Source: the human T2T-CHM13v2.0 reference genome, Homo sapiens
NCBI RefSeq assembly: GCF_009914755.1
Contig: NC_060941.1
Reading direction: 5' to 3' (one strand)
DNA: 64,000 nucleotides
Part shown: piece after piece, positions 1-15,644 of the stretch
Layout: each line of letters starts with the position of its first letter
Position numbering within the stretch: the stretch's first letter is position 1
Made by a program: the position numbers and the translations under genes
Notes under the pieces: generated by a model
What the model was told of the DNA's origin: nothing
Database searches by the model: none
What the model saw: the letters and a program-made list of their open reading frames with translations, nothing else

Positions 1-46
1 CACTGCACTCCATCCTGGCGAAAGAGCGAGACTCCGTCTCAAAAAA
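1..46 (+). mobile_element. Alu 3' end, cut by window edge
   Basis: cactgcactcc...gagcgagactccgtctc followed by A tail. Confidence 0.95.
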
Positions 47-129
47 CACACAAACCAATAAACAAAACCCAGAAAATCGTACTGCAGGCAAATTAAGAGC
101 AATCCAGCTGCTTTTGAGCTCCCAACTTC

Positions 130-720
130 TTTCTCCAGTTGCCCACCTGACATCTCTATTTGGATGTCTCCTTAAGCATCTGAAATATAAACATGCCCTG
201 AACTGAACTCTCAGCTCTCGTCCCTAAATCTCCACTAATCTCTCCTTCTGGGAGTGCTCAAGCTAGAAAACTTGGAGTCATTTTTGACATTTTTTCTCCC
301 ACATTCTTTACATCCAATCCATCACTGAGTGCTGTCAAGACAACTTCCAGAAAATTTCCCAAATCCATCCACTTCTTTCTATCTCCCCTGACACTATCGC
401 TCTGTATAAGCTATGGTCCTATATGCTGAGCCACTGCGGTAGCCTACCCCAGCCTCCCATGATGTCCTCCTCCTACTTCCTCCAACCAAGTTTACTCACA
501 GCAGCTGGAAGGATCTTTTAAAACTCAAATTGGGCTGTGTATTCCTCCTGCTATCAGCCCTTAAATAGCCTCCCATTATGTTTCAAATAAATGTCAACTC
601 CTTAATGTGTCTGGGAAGGCTCGACTCAGGCTCATTGTTGTATACTTATGCCTCCTTGGTCCCCCTGCTCCAGCCACATCATTTCTTTCAGCTCCTAGAA
701 GGAGCCACGTTCCCATGTTG
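130..720 (+). mobile_element. L2 LINE remnant
   Basis: gacatctctatttggatgtct, aacttggagtcatttttgac and catccaatccatca are typical L2 3' region motifs. Confidence 0.75.
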
Positions 721-999
721 GATGCATTTCTTCCAACTCCTTGCCTGGCTAACTTATACTCTGCTTTCCAATCTTGACACCTCCCCACGCCTGCCCATGA
801 CTTTCTCAGTGTGGACTTCTTTAACTCCCTATGGTAGACTGCTACCCCAATGAACCCTGCCTCCTGGCATTCACACCCTGGGGTAACCCTCTCCAACACT
901 GATCTAGTTGCTGGGCTTGTGACAGAAGACAACAGAATCACTCCTGAGCCCACTCCTGGACAAGCCATTAATTGGCCTGCCCACTTCTGCTTCCTCTCT

Positions 1000-1323
1000 T
1001 CTGATGCTCCCTTTTGGAAGCCTGCTTCTATGCTTTGAGAAGCCCAAACCACATAGAGAGACCACGTATAGGCATTTTGGTCAATAGTCTCATTTGAGCT
1101 CCCAGCTGGCAGCTAGCATCAACTGCCACCATATTAATCATCCCTCTTGGGTGTCCTAGCCTTGTTAAGCACCCAGTTGACTGCGGTTCCATCATATGGA
1201 ACAAAAGAACCACCCAGCTGAGCCCAGGCAACCAACAAAATCAAGAGACATCATAACTGATTTTTCTTTTAAGCCACCAAATTTTGGGGTGGTTTGAAAT
1301 TCAAATAATAGATAATTGGAACA
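1000..1323 (+). mobile_element. Old MaLR LTR (MLT1 H/I/J-like)
   Basis: cccagctgagcccag...ttttaagccaccaaattttggggtggtttg...atagataattggaaca terminus. Confidence 0.75.
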
Positions 1324-1399
1324 ATCCCCAGTCAAATTAACTTCTGCTCTTTTTTTTTAGCTCAGAAAATCCAATCCCCTTTCTTCAGACCAATTGTCA

Positions 1400-1560
1400 C
1401 ATTTGTGGTTATGTATGTATTTGTGTGTTTTCTTATTGTCTTTCTTCAGCACTAGTCTGCAATTTCCATGACGGAAGAGATCATGGCTTCTTATTAGCCA
1501 GCAAGGTATTTTCAACAGCACCTAAGAGTTGCTTAATTATCTGTTGAATGAAAGAATAAG
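1400..1560 (+). mobile_element. L2 3' end
   Basis: ends in tgttgaatgaaagaataa, a degenerate L2 terminal repeat. Confidence 0.6.
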
Positions 1561-1894
1561 GCGTTTAGATTATATCCTGGGGGGGAAAGGATAAGAGTTT
1601 TAAACAGATGAGTGACAAGATAGTTTTACAGGGAAGGAAAAAAATGATATTTGGAAAGCTAGCTTTTAATGAGGGCACAATGCTTCTAAGAGAGCTTTTC
1701 TCATGGTTTAGAAACAATAAGATCATTGGGGTCTGAAATGAGAAGACTTTGGGCATAGTTTGGGTGAGAAAGGATAAGACAGAGAGAGGTTAAAAGTGTA
1801 CTAGAAATAATGTAAAATGTGACTTCCTTGGGCAGAAAAAAAGTAAACTAAGGGATTCTCATTTTCTTGTGATGAACTCTGGTGATAGGCATTT

Positions 1895-2201
1895 AGGGAG
1901 GCAGCTTCTGGTAGCCCCAGGCATTCCTTGGCTTTTGGCAGCAAAACTCCAGCCTCTGCCTCTGTGGTCACAGGGCTGTCTTCCCTCTGTGTCTGTGTCT
2001 TCACATGGCATTCTCCTCCCAGGGGCTGTGTCCAAATCCCCCTCTTCTTAGAAGGACACCAATCATATTGGACACCTAATGACCTCATTTTAACTTGATT
2101 ACCTCTGCAAAGATCCTATTTCTAAATAAGCCCACATTCACAGGTACTAGGGGTTAGCACTTCATTGTATCTTTCTAGGGGTTACAATTCAACCCATAAC
2201 A
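1895..2201 (-). mobile_element. MLT1B/C-like MaLR LTR, partial
   Basis: ttctggtagccccaggcattccttggc...atgacctcattttaacttgattacctctgcaaaga...aattcaacccataaca. Confidence 0.85.
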
Positions 2202-2529
2202 GCCTGACACCTAAGTTAAGTTGTTATTGGGAGGTGTTCTCATTCCACTCTGGTATGCAACCCCAAAGTCTGTCTTAATCGCTACAGGCTTTGCGAACCT
2301 TGACAGTGGAATTTTGGAGACCTTGGCTCTGCTCTTGGGAAATGAAGAGAAGATTTGGGAATCGTGTAAGAGAGGGAAGGGATCCATCACAATGGAACCC
2401 CAGGAAATGGGAGCCTCAGAAGTGAAAGATAAGCAAGGGCTTCCTGCGGTTCCGCTCTAGTTATTTTATTTGTTTATGAAAGAAAAGCATGAGCGCTGAA
2501 GGCTGTGGAATTTAGGAAAAACCCAAGTT

Positions 2530-2800
2530 ACTATCAGATTAGCACTTTTAAAAGATGATGTTGGCCTCTGGGGAGAATAGATTGGAAGAATTAGGAGTAG
2601 AGACAAAGGGGTCCCTTGGCGGCACAGCTGCAGGGACCCGGATGGGCAATGATGGTGGCCAGGACTATGGTAATGTGTTGAAGATGGAGGGAAGTCAATG
2701 AGTTTGGGAACCATATAGAGCAAACTGAAGGAATTTAGGGGGTAAGGAGGCAGGAAGGAGGACAAACAGGCTTATAGGTTCAACACTTGGGTGAATATTA
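2530..2800 (-). mobile_element. L2 remnant
   Basis: ttttaaaagat...ggagaatagattgg...gatggtggcc-gact matches antisense L2 pattern. Confidence 0.55.
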
Positions 2801-2889
2801 ATGCTAAAGCTTTGATGGGAAACTAACAAGGGGGAACACATTGTTGCAGTAATGTAGACTGCAACATTACTCACTTAAGAATGAGGGCT

Positions 2890-3278
<389 letters not shown>

Positions 3279-3636
3279 CTAACATGGCCACTGTTAGATT
3301 GCATGAGGTCCTTAAGTGTCTGGGAACCCAGAAAATCAGGTTGAACCTTTAGAAGTCAGAGAAAATCTTGGCTGAACTGAGGACTCTGGGGAAAAAATTG
3401 TATTATTTTATTAAGTTTAAAAAATAATCATTTATTTTGTTATAAAATTTTACTCTGATGTTGTATCAATTTAGCTTTTTCTCATTAATGATCCATGGAC
3501 CAGAAAATATATAAACATTGATAACATGCTCAATAGTTGCAGAACATTTCCACTTCAAGTGTTTATTCTTCAGTGATTCTTGGACTCCTACAAATCCTGG
3601 CATTTGTACATCAAAGCAACATATTACATGGGGTGT

Positions 3637-3685
3637 TGTATTAGGCAGAGTTCTCCAGAAAAACAGAAACAACAGGGTATATTTT

Positions 3686-3721
<36 letters not shown>

Positions 3722-4112
3722 TATTATAGGGATTGTCTGACATGATTATGGTGGCCATAAAGTCACCATCTACTGCATGTAAACTGGAGAACCAGGAGAG
3801 CTGCTGGTATAATTAAGTCCAAGTCTGAGGCCAAAGAATCCATATCTCCAATGTTTAAGGGCACAAGAAGCTGGATGTCCCAGCTCAAGAAGAGAGAAAA
3901 TTCACCCTTCCTCCACTTTTTGGTTCTATTAGGCTGTCAGTGGATTGGTTGATGCCCACTTATATTGGTGAGGGCAGATCCTCTTCACTCAGCCTACTAA
4001 TTTAGGGGATAATCTCTTCCAGAAAGGTGGTCACAGACACGCCAGAAATAATGTCCCAGCTATCTGGGCATCCTTTAGCTTGGTCAAACTTACACATAAA
4101 ATTAATTATTGT
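3637..4112 (-). mobile_element. MLT2 (ERVL) solo LTR with internal (CA)n
   Basis: tgtattag..ttctccagaaaaacagaa start, gatgcccac..tattggtgaggg, ccagctatctggg; (CA)n about 3688-3718. Confidence 0.85.
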
Positions 4113-4511
4113 GGGTGTCAAGTGATTTGAACTGGTGATTGCTGACATGGTATAGTGCGGTTCAAATTTAATTTAACCCTGTTTATAACATGGTGATTTT
4201 AAGGCATCTAGTTGATACTCATTAAAATCTGTCAAGCTCTTTCAATAAGATGGACTATCTTTTGTATCTGTATTTATGTATGAGTAATGAGCTCTATTGG
4301 AGGCCTGCAAGTGCCATTTTAAAGACCTGAATGTGGATGTCCATATGAGTCTTTGTCTTTGGTTCAAATGACCCTCTACTTATGTCATGTTGGGGTCTGA
4401 AAGTTGGTTCTGTGAGAAAATAGGAGAAAGGGAATCCAGTAAGGATGGGATCTATGCACAGTCTAAGAATAAGGGACTGTTGTTGCTTCAGTTCCCCCAA
4501 CATGAGATTCC

Positions 4512-4789
4512 TTTTTTTTTGGAGACCAAGTCTTGCACTGTATCTTGGCTCACTGCAACCTCCACCTCCTGGGTTCAAGCGATTCTTCTGCCTCAACCTC
4601 CCAAGTAGCTGGAATTACAGGCACACACCACCACGCCCAGCTAATTTTTTTGTATTTTTTTTTTTTTTTTTAGTAGAGATGGGATTTCACGGTGTTGGCC
4701 AGGCTGGTCTTGAACTCTTGACCTCGTGATCTGCCTGCCTCGGCCTCCCAAAGTGCTGGGATTACAGGCGTGAGCCACTGCGCCGGGCC
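4512..4789 (-). mobile_element. AluS with small right-arm deletion
   Basis: Antisense Alu; TSD-like tgagat(t)cctt on both sides. Confidence 0.95.
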
Positions 4790-4834
4790 TGAGATCCTTA
4801 TACCTTCTACCCACAGACTCAGTCCATTCCACTC

Positions 4835-5035
4835 CAGATTTGAAGCTCTGCACTGTCATTTACTAGTTGCATAGCCTTGGGAAAATTACTGAAGCTCTCT
4901 GAACCCAAGATTCCTTAACAGTAGCTTGGAGTCCATAATACAGGTCTAACAAGTATAAAAAGATTAAACGAGATTTCATCTGCAAAACACTTCCCCTACC
5001 ATCTGGCACATAGTTAATATTTGATAGACATTGCT
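4835..5035 (+). mobile_element. MIR
   Basis: ttactag..ccttggg..attact..ctctctgaacc; gattaaacgagat; tggcacatagt. Confidence 0.8.
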
Positions 5036-6090
5036 TTCCTTCATTCACTCCTCTTGAGTTAATTTTGATCAGGGTGAAATGAATATTAAAAGCCTAGGGT
5101 TCATTTTTGGTAGTATCTAAAAGCAGTCCCATTTTTATAAACCTGGTGTTTGATGGTCCAGGGTAAGTCCTTCAAACCTCTGTAGGCTCAGAGCTGTGGA
5201 AGTCCCTTCTGCCCTTGTGCCATTGGCTTACCATCTGAATGAGATTTTGCCTCAGTTTACCTGCTTTGGGATTTCCTGTTTCCCCTGGAATTAGAGATTT
5301 CCCAGACTTCAATCTGTTTGGGTCCCTGAGGCCCTGGACAGCTCTTATACCCACTGTGATTTCTGTTCCTCCACAGACATGGATTTGAGCCCAGCTCTGA
5401 ACAGACAGTTGGTACTTTGCAATCCTCATCCTGCTGCCTGTCAGCTTTGTGCATTCTGAGCCATCTGTTCTCCATGCAGAGCCCCTCTTGAGGATTAAAC
5501 CCCCATGAGCGTTGGTGAGGCACTGCCTCACAGCGGCACCAGGAGGCCAGCTCTCGGCCAGGTGGGTTTCCCCAGCCTATGCACCCCATGCACCCTCAGC
5601 ATCTCTCACTTCTACACTCCCCTCCCACCACTGAGAGGACGGTGGGGATGTTGTGGGCAAGAAGGTCACACAGTCACCCAGGTGTGAAGAGATGATGCAC
5701 GTTGGGACTCAATCTGTGCCTGTGAAAGAGGAAGCATAGTTGTTAAATCTGAGGTCACAGAGGAAGAACTAGGAGCCAGTGACTAATATGAGGCAGTCTG
5801 ATCTCTCCCAAGCAATGGACTCTGCTTTACCCTGCAAAAGGACACACTTACAGTTAGCTCCTCCCTGGCTGCCTCCCTTACATGCAATTCTGTTTCCTTC
5901 ACCAGCCTCTGGCTGAAGCCCCAAGCCTTCTTCCCCTTTCTCCATGTCCCTCCCTCCTTTTGCAGCCCAGGTCAAATTCTGTTTCCTTTTCGAATTCATT
6001 TTTGGAGACTGAAGTCCACATGTTGTCATCTCCTTGTTTTGAACATCGATTGCCTATTTTCCCTATCATACACTCTTTAGCATTTTGCAA

Positions 6091-6965
<875 letters not shown>

Positions 6966-7635
6966 GTGATGCAGTACTATTGCCTGTTCTCTAATCCTAT
7001 CCATTAGTCTATTCTCTCAGACAATTTCATCCACTGAGGGATCTCACAGGCTTCCTTGGGTCTCTGCCTGCAAAGATTCACTTCCTATCACCTTGGTCTC
7101 CCTGCCTCCTTGTCACAGAGTGCAAGTTGGGATATTTCTAATTTGCTGTCAAAAATATTTTCGGTGGGTCCCACCACTTGCAGGAATTAGTCTACAGCAA
7201 ATATCTTTTGATTCTCAGAATACAGCGTGTGCCTTCACAACTCCTTGCCTTTGCATAAACCATTTCCTCTTTCTGAAATTCTTTCCCCCATGAACTTTTA
7301 TTGTCTGTTCATTTCGTTTTTCCTTTTTCCACATTTTAAAATTTGTGAAATATACATGCAGACAAATGCATGAAGCATTTGGAGACAGTTTAACAACTAA
7401 TTTATGTCGACCCAGGTGAGGAAGTAGCTCATCATCAACACCCAGAAGCCTGCTGCTTGCTCTTCTCTGATGTCTCCCCTCCCTACCTCCCTAGTGGTTA
7501 TCATTATCCTAACAATTGTGATCATTATTTTATGACTTTATTGAGTTTTGTCCATTCAAATATGGATCCCTAAACACTGATTAGTTTTGCCTGCTTTTCA
7601 ACTTTATATGACTGCAATCATATTCTTTCTAAAAA

Positions 7636-7742
7636 TTTATATACATATATACATATATATATCTCACACACATATATATACATATATATATCTCACTCAT
7701 ATATATATACACACATACACACACACACACATATATTTATAT
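7636..7742. repeat. Compound (TA)n/(CA)n microsatellite
   Basis: Direct reading; lies where the poly(A) tail of the adjacent Alu would be. Confidence 0.9.
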
Positions 7743-7744
7743 AC

Positions 7745-8032
<288 letters not shown>

Positions 8033-8149
8033 TAGAGCTTTGCATTCCATGAATAAACCATATTTGATTGATCCACATCACTGTTAATGGACATTTGAGG
8101 TTTTCCTTTGATTTATTCTTCTTCATAGTGTTTTCCAGCCATTAAGCAT

Positions 8150-8292
8150 ATTGTTTAAAGTTCATCTTCCTCAAACTGAATGTAAACAGCCTGAGAGAAA
8201 GGTTGCTTTTTTGTTCAATCCTGGGTCCCCAGAACCTACACAGTGACTAGAATATAGTAGGCACTCAAAATATGTGTTGAAAGTATGAATGT
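8150..8292 (+). mobile_element. L2 3' end
   Basis: tagtaggcactcaaaatatgtgttgaa..tgaat. Confidence 0.65.
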
Positions 8293-8409
8293 TTACTTGA
8301 CAAACATTTTCTGGCTCTTTGAGGCATTCCTCAATCATTTCCTTCTGGGTGAGGGCTTCATCAATTTCTCCCTGCAGACTTTCCACAACAGCAATGATAT
8401 TAACAACAA

Positions 8410-8530
8410 CTGTGGTTCTACAGAGGCAGATGGTACAGCCCAGGACAGCTAAGTCGTTTGTCCAAGGTCGCACAGTTGAGAAGGCAGGAGTCAAAGCAGT
8501 GACTAAGTGTCCAGCCAGGTTCTTACTCCC
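8410..8530 (-). mobile_element. MIR
   Basis: acagagg..cccag..taagt..ttgtccaaggtcgcacag MIR core. Confidence 0.65.
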
Positions 8531-8851
8531 AGCAACACACTTGCTCCCACAGCCCCACCCATAGGTGTGTTCAGTTTGGCCCACCAGGGTAAGAATTCTT
8601 ATCAGCATATTATGCACAGACTGAAGTCTCACAGAGGTAAATATCTAAAGTAGTTATGCAATTTCCAGGGAGCTGAACCAGGGCTTAGACTCCTGTCTCG
8701 CTCTGAAGTCTACTTTTTTTCCAGTACAATACTCTGCCTCAACTGGTAAAACAAATATGGACAAGAATAGTGGATCCCTGGGGCCAGTTGTCTTCTCTTG
8801 GAGCTGCTTTATTCTTCATGGGCAGCTCACCCCCATCCTGTTCCTCTATTT

Positions 8852-9102
8852 CCAAGCTTATCCAAACTGCAGCCCATGGGCCGTATGTGGCCCAGGACAG
8901 CTTTGAATGCAGCTCAACACAAATTCGTAAACTTTCTTAAAACATTATGAGATTTTTTTGCAGGTTTTTTTTTTGTTTTGTTTTTTGTTTTTTGTTTTTT
9001 TTAGCTCATCAGCTATCATTATTGTTAGTGTATTTTATGTGTGGCCCAAGACAATTCTTCTTCTAATGTGGCCCAGGGAAGCCAAAAGATTGGACATCCA
9101 TG
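8852..9102 (-). mobile_element. MER30 (hAT-Charlie MITE)
   Basis: caagcttatccaa...ggcccaagacaattcttc...ggcccagggaagccaaaagattggacatccatg matches the MER30 reverse complement. Confidence 0.92.
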
Positions 9103-9935
9103 CTCCCCTCCTCTCCCTTCCCCTCCCCTCTCCTCCCCTCCCGTCTTCTCTCCTCTCCTCTCTCCCATGGCCTTGTGGGCTGGGCTGTTACTTGAGAGTT
9201 ATACTGCAGATTATGCCATCTATTCAAGCTCTTTCTGCACCATTACCATCTTTTAAATTTTTATTTATTTTTTTGCTTGCTGTTCTGTGAATGGGCTGGA
9301 CTGTGTTGTTTTAGAGAATAGAAATATTTTAAGTCTCTGAAAAAAATAAATTCTGAACTGAAGAGTTTGTAAAATCCAATTCCTTATCTTCTTGATCATT
9401 GCCAATCCCAAAGTTGGTGGAATAACATTTCAAAATGTCATCCAGAAATTGGCCTGGATACGCAGTGACTGATGAAGGGCCTGACAGCTCTGGCACTTAG
9501 CTTGGAATTTATGAATCCAAAGCTTTAAAACTTTACCCAAGAAACTTTTTTCAAGTACCGCTATTTCCACCTAATTAAGGACTGTCACACAATTATAATT
9601 TATTTACAGCTATCATTCATATGTAGAGTAGAATTATCTAAGTTTTAAAAAAATTTCTAATGATTTTTATGCATTAACTCAATCAAGAGGCTTTCTAAAA
9701 ATCATATCTTTCGTCTTCTGGATAAAAATAATTAACGCCTACTTATTATAGGAAATTTAGAAATTATAGAGAAATATGCTGAGAACGTAAAAATCACTGG
9801 AATCCTACCACCTGGAAATAATCATGATGAACACTTTTAGGGTAATATTTCAAATTTTTTTTCTGTGTATGATTGTATGTGCATTTATATGTGTATATAA
9901 TAAAACTGGATAAGAAGACATAGTTTGTGTCTTGC

Positions 9936-10254
9936 TTTTTTTAAAATTTTTTTATTTTTTAATTTTTTTTTTTTGAGACAGAGTCTCACTCTGTCGCCCA
10001 CGCTGGAGCGCAGCGGCGTGATCTCGGCTTACTGCAACCTCTGCCTCCTGGGTTCAAGCAATTCTCCTGCCTCAGCCTCTCAAGTAGCTGGGACTACAGG
10101 CACCTGCCACTATGCCCTGCTATTTTTTGTATTTTTAGTAGAGACAGAGTTTCATCGTATTGGCCAGGCTGGTCTCGAAATCCTGACCTTGTGATCCACC
10201 CACCTAGGCCTCCCAAAGGGCTGGGATTACAAGTGTGAGCCACCTCGCCCAGCC
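9936..10254 (-). mobile_element. AluS
   Basis: Full antisense dimer. Confidence 0.96.
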
Positions 10255-10387
10255 TATTGTTTTATTTATTTAACATTACAGTGTAAATTATTACCCTTTA
10301 CCAGTAAACATTTGCAGAAAACATAATTTTTTAAATTTTATTTTCTTTCAACTCATTTCACAGCCAAGGAAACAGAATTTTTAATGA

Positions 10388-10813
<426 letters not shown>

Positions 10814-11102
10814 GGAATTTTTTTTTAGTCTAGATATAAATAGAATCAGTAGAATGGATACAGATTCAAAGGTTGTAATCTTTATGAAGACTTCAAGTCA
10901 CTGTTTTCTCTCTTTGCAAGCAATAGCTACATGGAGAAAAGTGGTTCTGCTCTAGTAGCAAGTGAAAAAAGTAAGATACAAAATTAAATTTTTATTGTTA
11001 TCTCAGTGATTTAAAACACGTAAAAATATTGGAATGATATATTCTAGTGATTGCCTCTGAGGAACAGATTATCTTTCACTTTGCTAGACATTTAAATGTT
11101 TA

Positions 11103-11363
<261 letters not shown>

Positions 11364-11509
11364 CTATACTATGCTCTATGCTGTGTCCTATCTGAATGGA
11401 ATCATAAAACTTCAACATGCTCTCTGGGAAGAAAAACGGTTCCAGGATCAAACTTGTTTAGAAAACACTGAACTTAGTAGAGCTAAGCAGGCCTGCTAAT
11501 ATGTGTGCA

Positions 11510-11885
11510 ATTGCCACAATATAGCCACAGCAATATTTTTGAAATAGAAATAGGATCATGTCACTCTTTGACTTCAATGCATTCCCATTACACTTAGAGT
11601 CAAATCTGAACCTTGTGTGGTCACCTTGATGGCCCTATGTTGTAGATCCCTCAGCCTCTTCAGCCTCATTTTGCATGCCTCCCCCTTTGCTCCTAATCTC
11701 TTGACAGGTATGTCTTCTTGATTCTTGAGCAGGTTAAGTCCTTTTCTGTCTCCAGGATTTTGTTTCTCCTTTGTATCCTGCCTGAAGCAATACATTCTCA
11801 TTCTTTAGGTCTCCAAGAGGCCCTTCTTGACCACCCCATCCAAAGGAGGCCCCTCACCCCCTGGTTTATTTTCCTCCAATGAGCT
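11510..11885 (+). mobile_element. L2 remnant
   Basis: gatcatgtcactct, cccattacacttagagtcaaatc, aggcccttcttgaccacccc. Confidence 0.75.
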
Positions 11886-11929
11886 CACAATACAAATGCA
11901 AACCTCCTGAGTGCATTGGAAAGGGTAGA

Positions 11930-12357
11930 AATTTTGGCCTGTGTTGCTTATAATGGAATACCTGAAACTGGGTATTTTATAAAGAAAATGAATTTATTTA
12001 TCGTAATTATGGAGGCTGAGACATCCAAGATCGAGGGCTGCATCAGGCTAGGGTCTTCTTGTTGGTGGGGACTCTGCAGAGTTCCAAGGAGGTGCAGGGC
12101 ATCACATGGCGACTGGGCTAAGCGTGCCAGCTCAGGTCTCTCTTCCTCTTCTTGTAAAGCCCACAGTCCCACTACCATGATAACCCATCAATCCATTAGC
12201 CTATTAATGCATAAACCCATGAATGAATTAATCCATTTATGGGAGTAGAGTCCTCGTGACCCAATCATGTCTGAAAGGCTCCACCTCTCAATATTGTCAC
12301 ATTGGGAATTTAATTTCAACATGAGTTTTGGAGGAGATAAATATTCAAACCATAGTA
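11930..12357 (-). mobile_element. MST (MSTB/C/D-like) MaLR LTR
   Basis: aatacctgaaactgggta...ccacctctcaata...tttcaacatgagttttggagg...attcaaaccatag. Confidence 0.85.
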
Positions 12358-12944
12358 GCTTATTTTCCAGATTTGCTTCAAAGCTCTACTGCCAAAGACA
12401 ATTGGTCTTCATTTGTCAAGTCAATAATCCCTTCGTGTTTTCAGTTATAACTTAATGCATTCTAAAATTAACTGGGTTTGGAATATTCATGATGCCATTA
12501 TGAATATCTACAATAAGAGAAGACAATTGCATCAAACCAACCAGCTACTTGATCTCTATTTCATCAAATGACTCGTTCACTAATTCCCCATCCCCCACAG
12601 CCCATGTGAATTCACTAAACAAAACCACAGTATTGACTGATGGAATTTCTTTGGAATTAAATAAGAACATTAGATTTTTTCCTGAACTGGGGAGTTTGAA
12701 TGGGCTGAGCTGGAGCACTGTGTAGCCACAACCCAAGTGCTGCCTTTTCATAAGTCAGACCTGTAACATTACCTTCATTTGAAAGTCCTTGAATGTGCTT
12801 TCATCAGCTCTGTAAGTAAACTTTAGCCCATCAACTAGTTGGTGCCAACCATATGGGAATCTCCGGGGGGTTATAGAGTGGCACATGCTCCTGGTCATCC
12901 ACTCAGGTATTTGTGTACTCTTTGGAGGAACAGGGCAAGAGGAT

Positions 12945-13103
12945 AAGATGTTAGAACTTGAAAAGCCCTTGGAGATCCCAGAGCCTCCTCCTCGACTTTG
13001 CAGATGGAGGAACCGAGGTCCAGAGATGTGGGAAGAAGGGTGGTGGAGAGGACATGAAGTCAGAGCTGCTGAAACACAGGTCTCTTGATTCTTTGTCTAG
13101 AGA
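12945..13103 (-). mobile_element. MIR, disrupted by a THE1 LTR
   Basis: tttgcagatggaggaaccgaggtccagaga MIR core. Confidence 0.65.
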
Positions 13104-13108
13104 CCCTT

Positions 13109-13486
13109 TGTATTAGTCCCTTTTCATACTGCTATGAAGAATTGCCAGAGACTGAGTAATTTATAAAGGAAAGAGGTTGAATTGATTCAGAGCTCAGCAT
13201 GGCTGGGGAGGCCTCAGGAAACTTACAATCATGGCAGAAGGTGAAGAGGAAGCAATGCACCTTCTTCACAAAGCAGCAGGAAGGATAATTGCCAAGTGAA
13301 GGGGGAAGAGCCCCATATAAAACCATCAGATCTTGTGAGAATTCATTCATTATCATGAAAACAGCACGGGGTAACCACCCCCAGGATTCAGTTACCTCCA
13401 CTTGGCCTCTCCCTTGACACATGGGGATTAAGGTGATTACAATTCAAGATGAGATTTGGGTGGGGACTCAAAGCCTAACCATATCA
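13109..13486 (-). mobile_element. THE1C/D solo LTR
   Basis: tg..ca termini; 5-bp TSD ccctt at 13104-13108 and 13487-13491. Confidence 0.95.
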
Positions 13487-13725
13487 CCCTTCCACTACAA
13501 TACAGTCATAATACCAGAAATTAATACTCAGTACAACAGTGGGGGCAAGTCCACAGTTCATACGTAATCAAGAGCCAAGCAAGAGGCCCAAAGGATAGGG
13601 CCAAGCAGTGGAGGAGTTAGCACTCTACCATGACTAGGAGCAGGCAGGTGGCTTAGAGAGGTCAGGAAGGCTATGCTTGCAAAGTGGAATTGAAGCCAGA
13701 GGAGAAACAAGAAACCAGGGCATAA

Positions 13726-14172
<447 letters not shown>

Positions 14173-14184
14173 CTTTTTCCTTTG

Positions 14185-14350
14185 TAAAGCTGATAAACAT
14201 TCCCTCCATGCATATGCCATGTTTTGTTTATTCGTTCATTCACTGATGGACATTTGCAGTGCTTCCACCTTTGGCTACTGTGCGTATTACTGCTATGAAC
14301 ATGGGCATGTAATCATCTGAGACCTTGCTTTCCGTTCTTTTGGGTGTACA
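14185..14350 (-). mobile_element. L1M 3' fragment
   Basis: tgatggacatttg..ttccacctttggctactgtg..tgctatgaacatggg. Confidence 0.75.
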
Positions 14351-15320
14351 CTCTTAAATATTCTTTTGTATGGGTTCACACTGGTAAATTCTCCCCTTAA
14401 GGAGAAACTCACAGTCATACTGATCTCTCTTAATTCACAAAGTAGAGGCAGAAGTGCCTTACACTGATTGGGGTGAACAACTCTCCAGGGTTTACATGGG
14501 GCTAAGGGTTTTATTCCTCCCTTTGAGGTGCAGGAGGCCAGAGGACCTTTTCCCCTGATGACTGTCAAGAGTGCACGTTACTACAAGCTACAGGGCAGTA
14601 ATGGGAACTCTGGGCTGAATGTTATGGCTGCCCTCTGCCACCTCCCTCCTAAATGGTTGTAAAAATGGGGGAGTGTGTGGGTGAGGGATGATTGTTACCT
14701 TAATTATTTTAAAGTCTTGAGAAATTAATCAGTGTCCTGATGATTGTTTACTCTGGGCCATACAAGGACCGACGGCAGCACAGCGAGCTCGTCCAGCTGT
14801 TCCCAGATGTTGAAAGGAGCCATCAGGAAAATCGAGGAGGCTCATGAACAGTGAAGCTGAGAATATTTTCCTAATGATGTGTAACTAGCAAAAAATGAAC
14901 TATTTGGTTTCTACCCTAAATTTAGTTTAATCCATGACCTTTATTTGCTCAGAAATGAGGGAGTTTGTGACTACTGGACCCCTTCAAAATGGTAGCTTTC
15001 TTCCTGGATGCAATGAGGGTTTCCTTTACCTGAAAAATATGGCTGTGATACAAAGGCATAGATTCTCAGAGACCTGCTTTATTTAGCCATGCAAACAACT
15101 TGTTAATAGCACATAATTGCTTTATAAAAATCAGAAGACGCAAATTTGCCATCAAATTTGGTTTATTGATTCCTCTCATAGGCTTATTTATTGTAATACT
15201 TTCAAACTATTTATGAGAAAATGGTTCACTACATACTGTTAGCCCCAGATGAGGCACAGTGAGAGTTTAGTCACTCATCCACCTGTTCAAAGGGTATTGA
15301 TCAAAAACCTACTAGGAACT

Positions 15321-15625
15321 GGCCGGGCGTGGTGGCTCACGCCTGTAATACCAGCACTTTGGGAGCCCGAGGCGGGTGGATCACCTGAGGTTGGGAGTTC
15401 GAGACCAACCTGACCAACATGGCGAAAACCCGTCTCTACTAAAAATACAAAAATTAGCCGGGTGCAGTGGTGGGTGCCTGTAATTCCAGCTACTTAGGAG
15501 CCTGAGACAGGAGATCACTTGAACCTGGGAGGCGGAGGTTGCAGTGAGCTGGGATCGCACCATTGCACTCTAGCCTGGGCAACAGAGCGAGACTCCGTCT
15601 CAAAAAAAAAAAACAAAAAAACAAA
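15321..15625 (+). mobile_element. AluS (Sp/Sq-like)
   Basis: 18-bp TSD caaaaacctactaggaac at 15302-15319 and 15622-15639. Confidence 0.97.
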
Positions 15626-15644
15626 AACCTACTAGGAACCACAG

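Noticed and set aside
594-1052. 152-aa ORF (and the 153-aa ORF at 8171-8632)
   Set aside because: They overlap L2, MIR and MLT remnants, and show no recognisable domain or exon structure.
2842-2870. Overlapping short inverted repeats tgttgcagt/actgcaaca and gtaatgt/acattac
   Set aside because: The 9-bp stem is too short to distinguish from chance or a small template switch, and there is no RNA-gene context.
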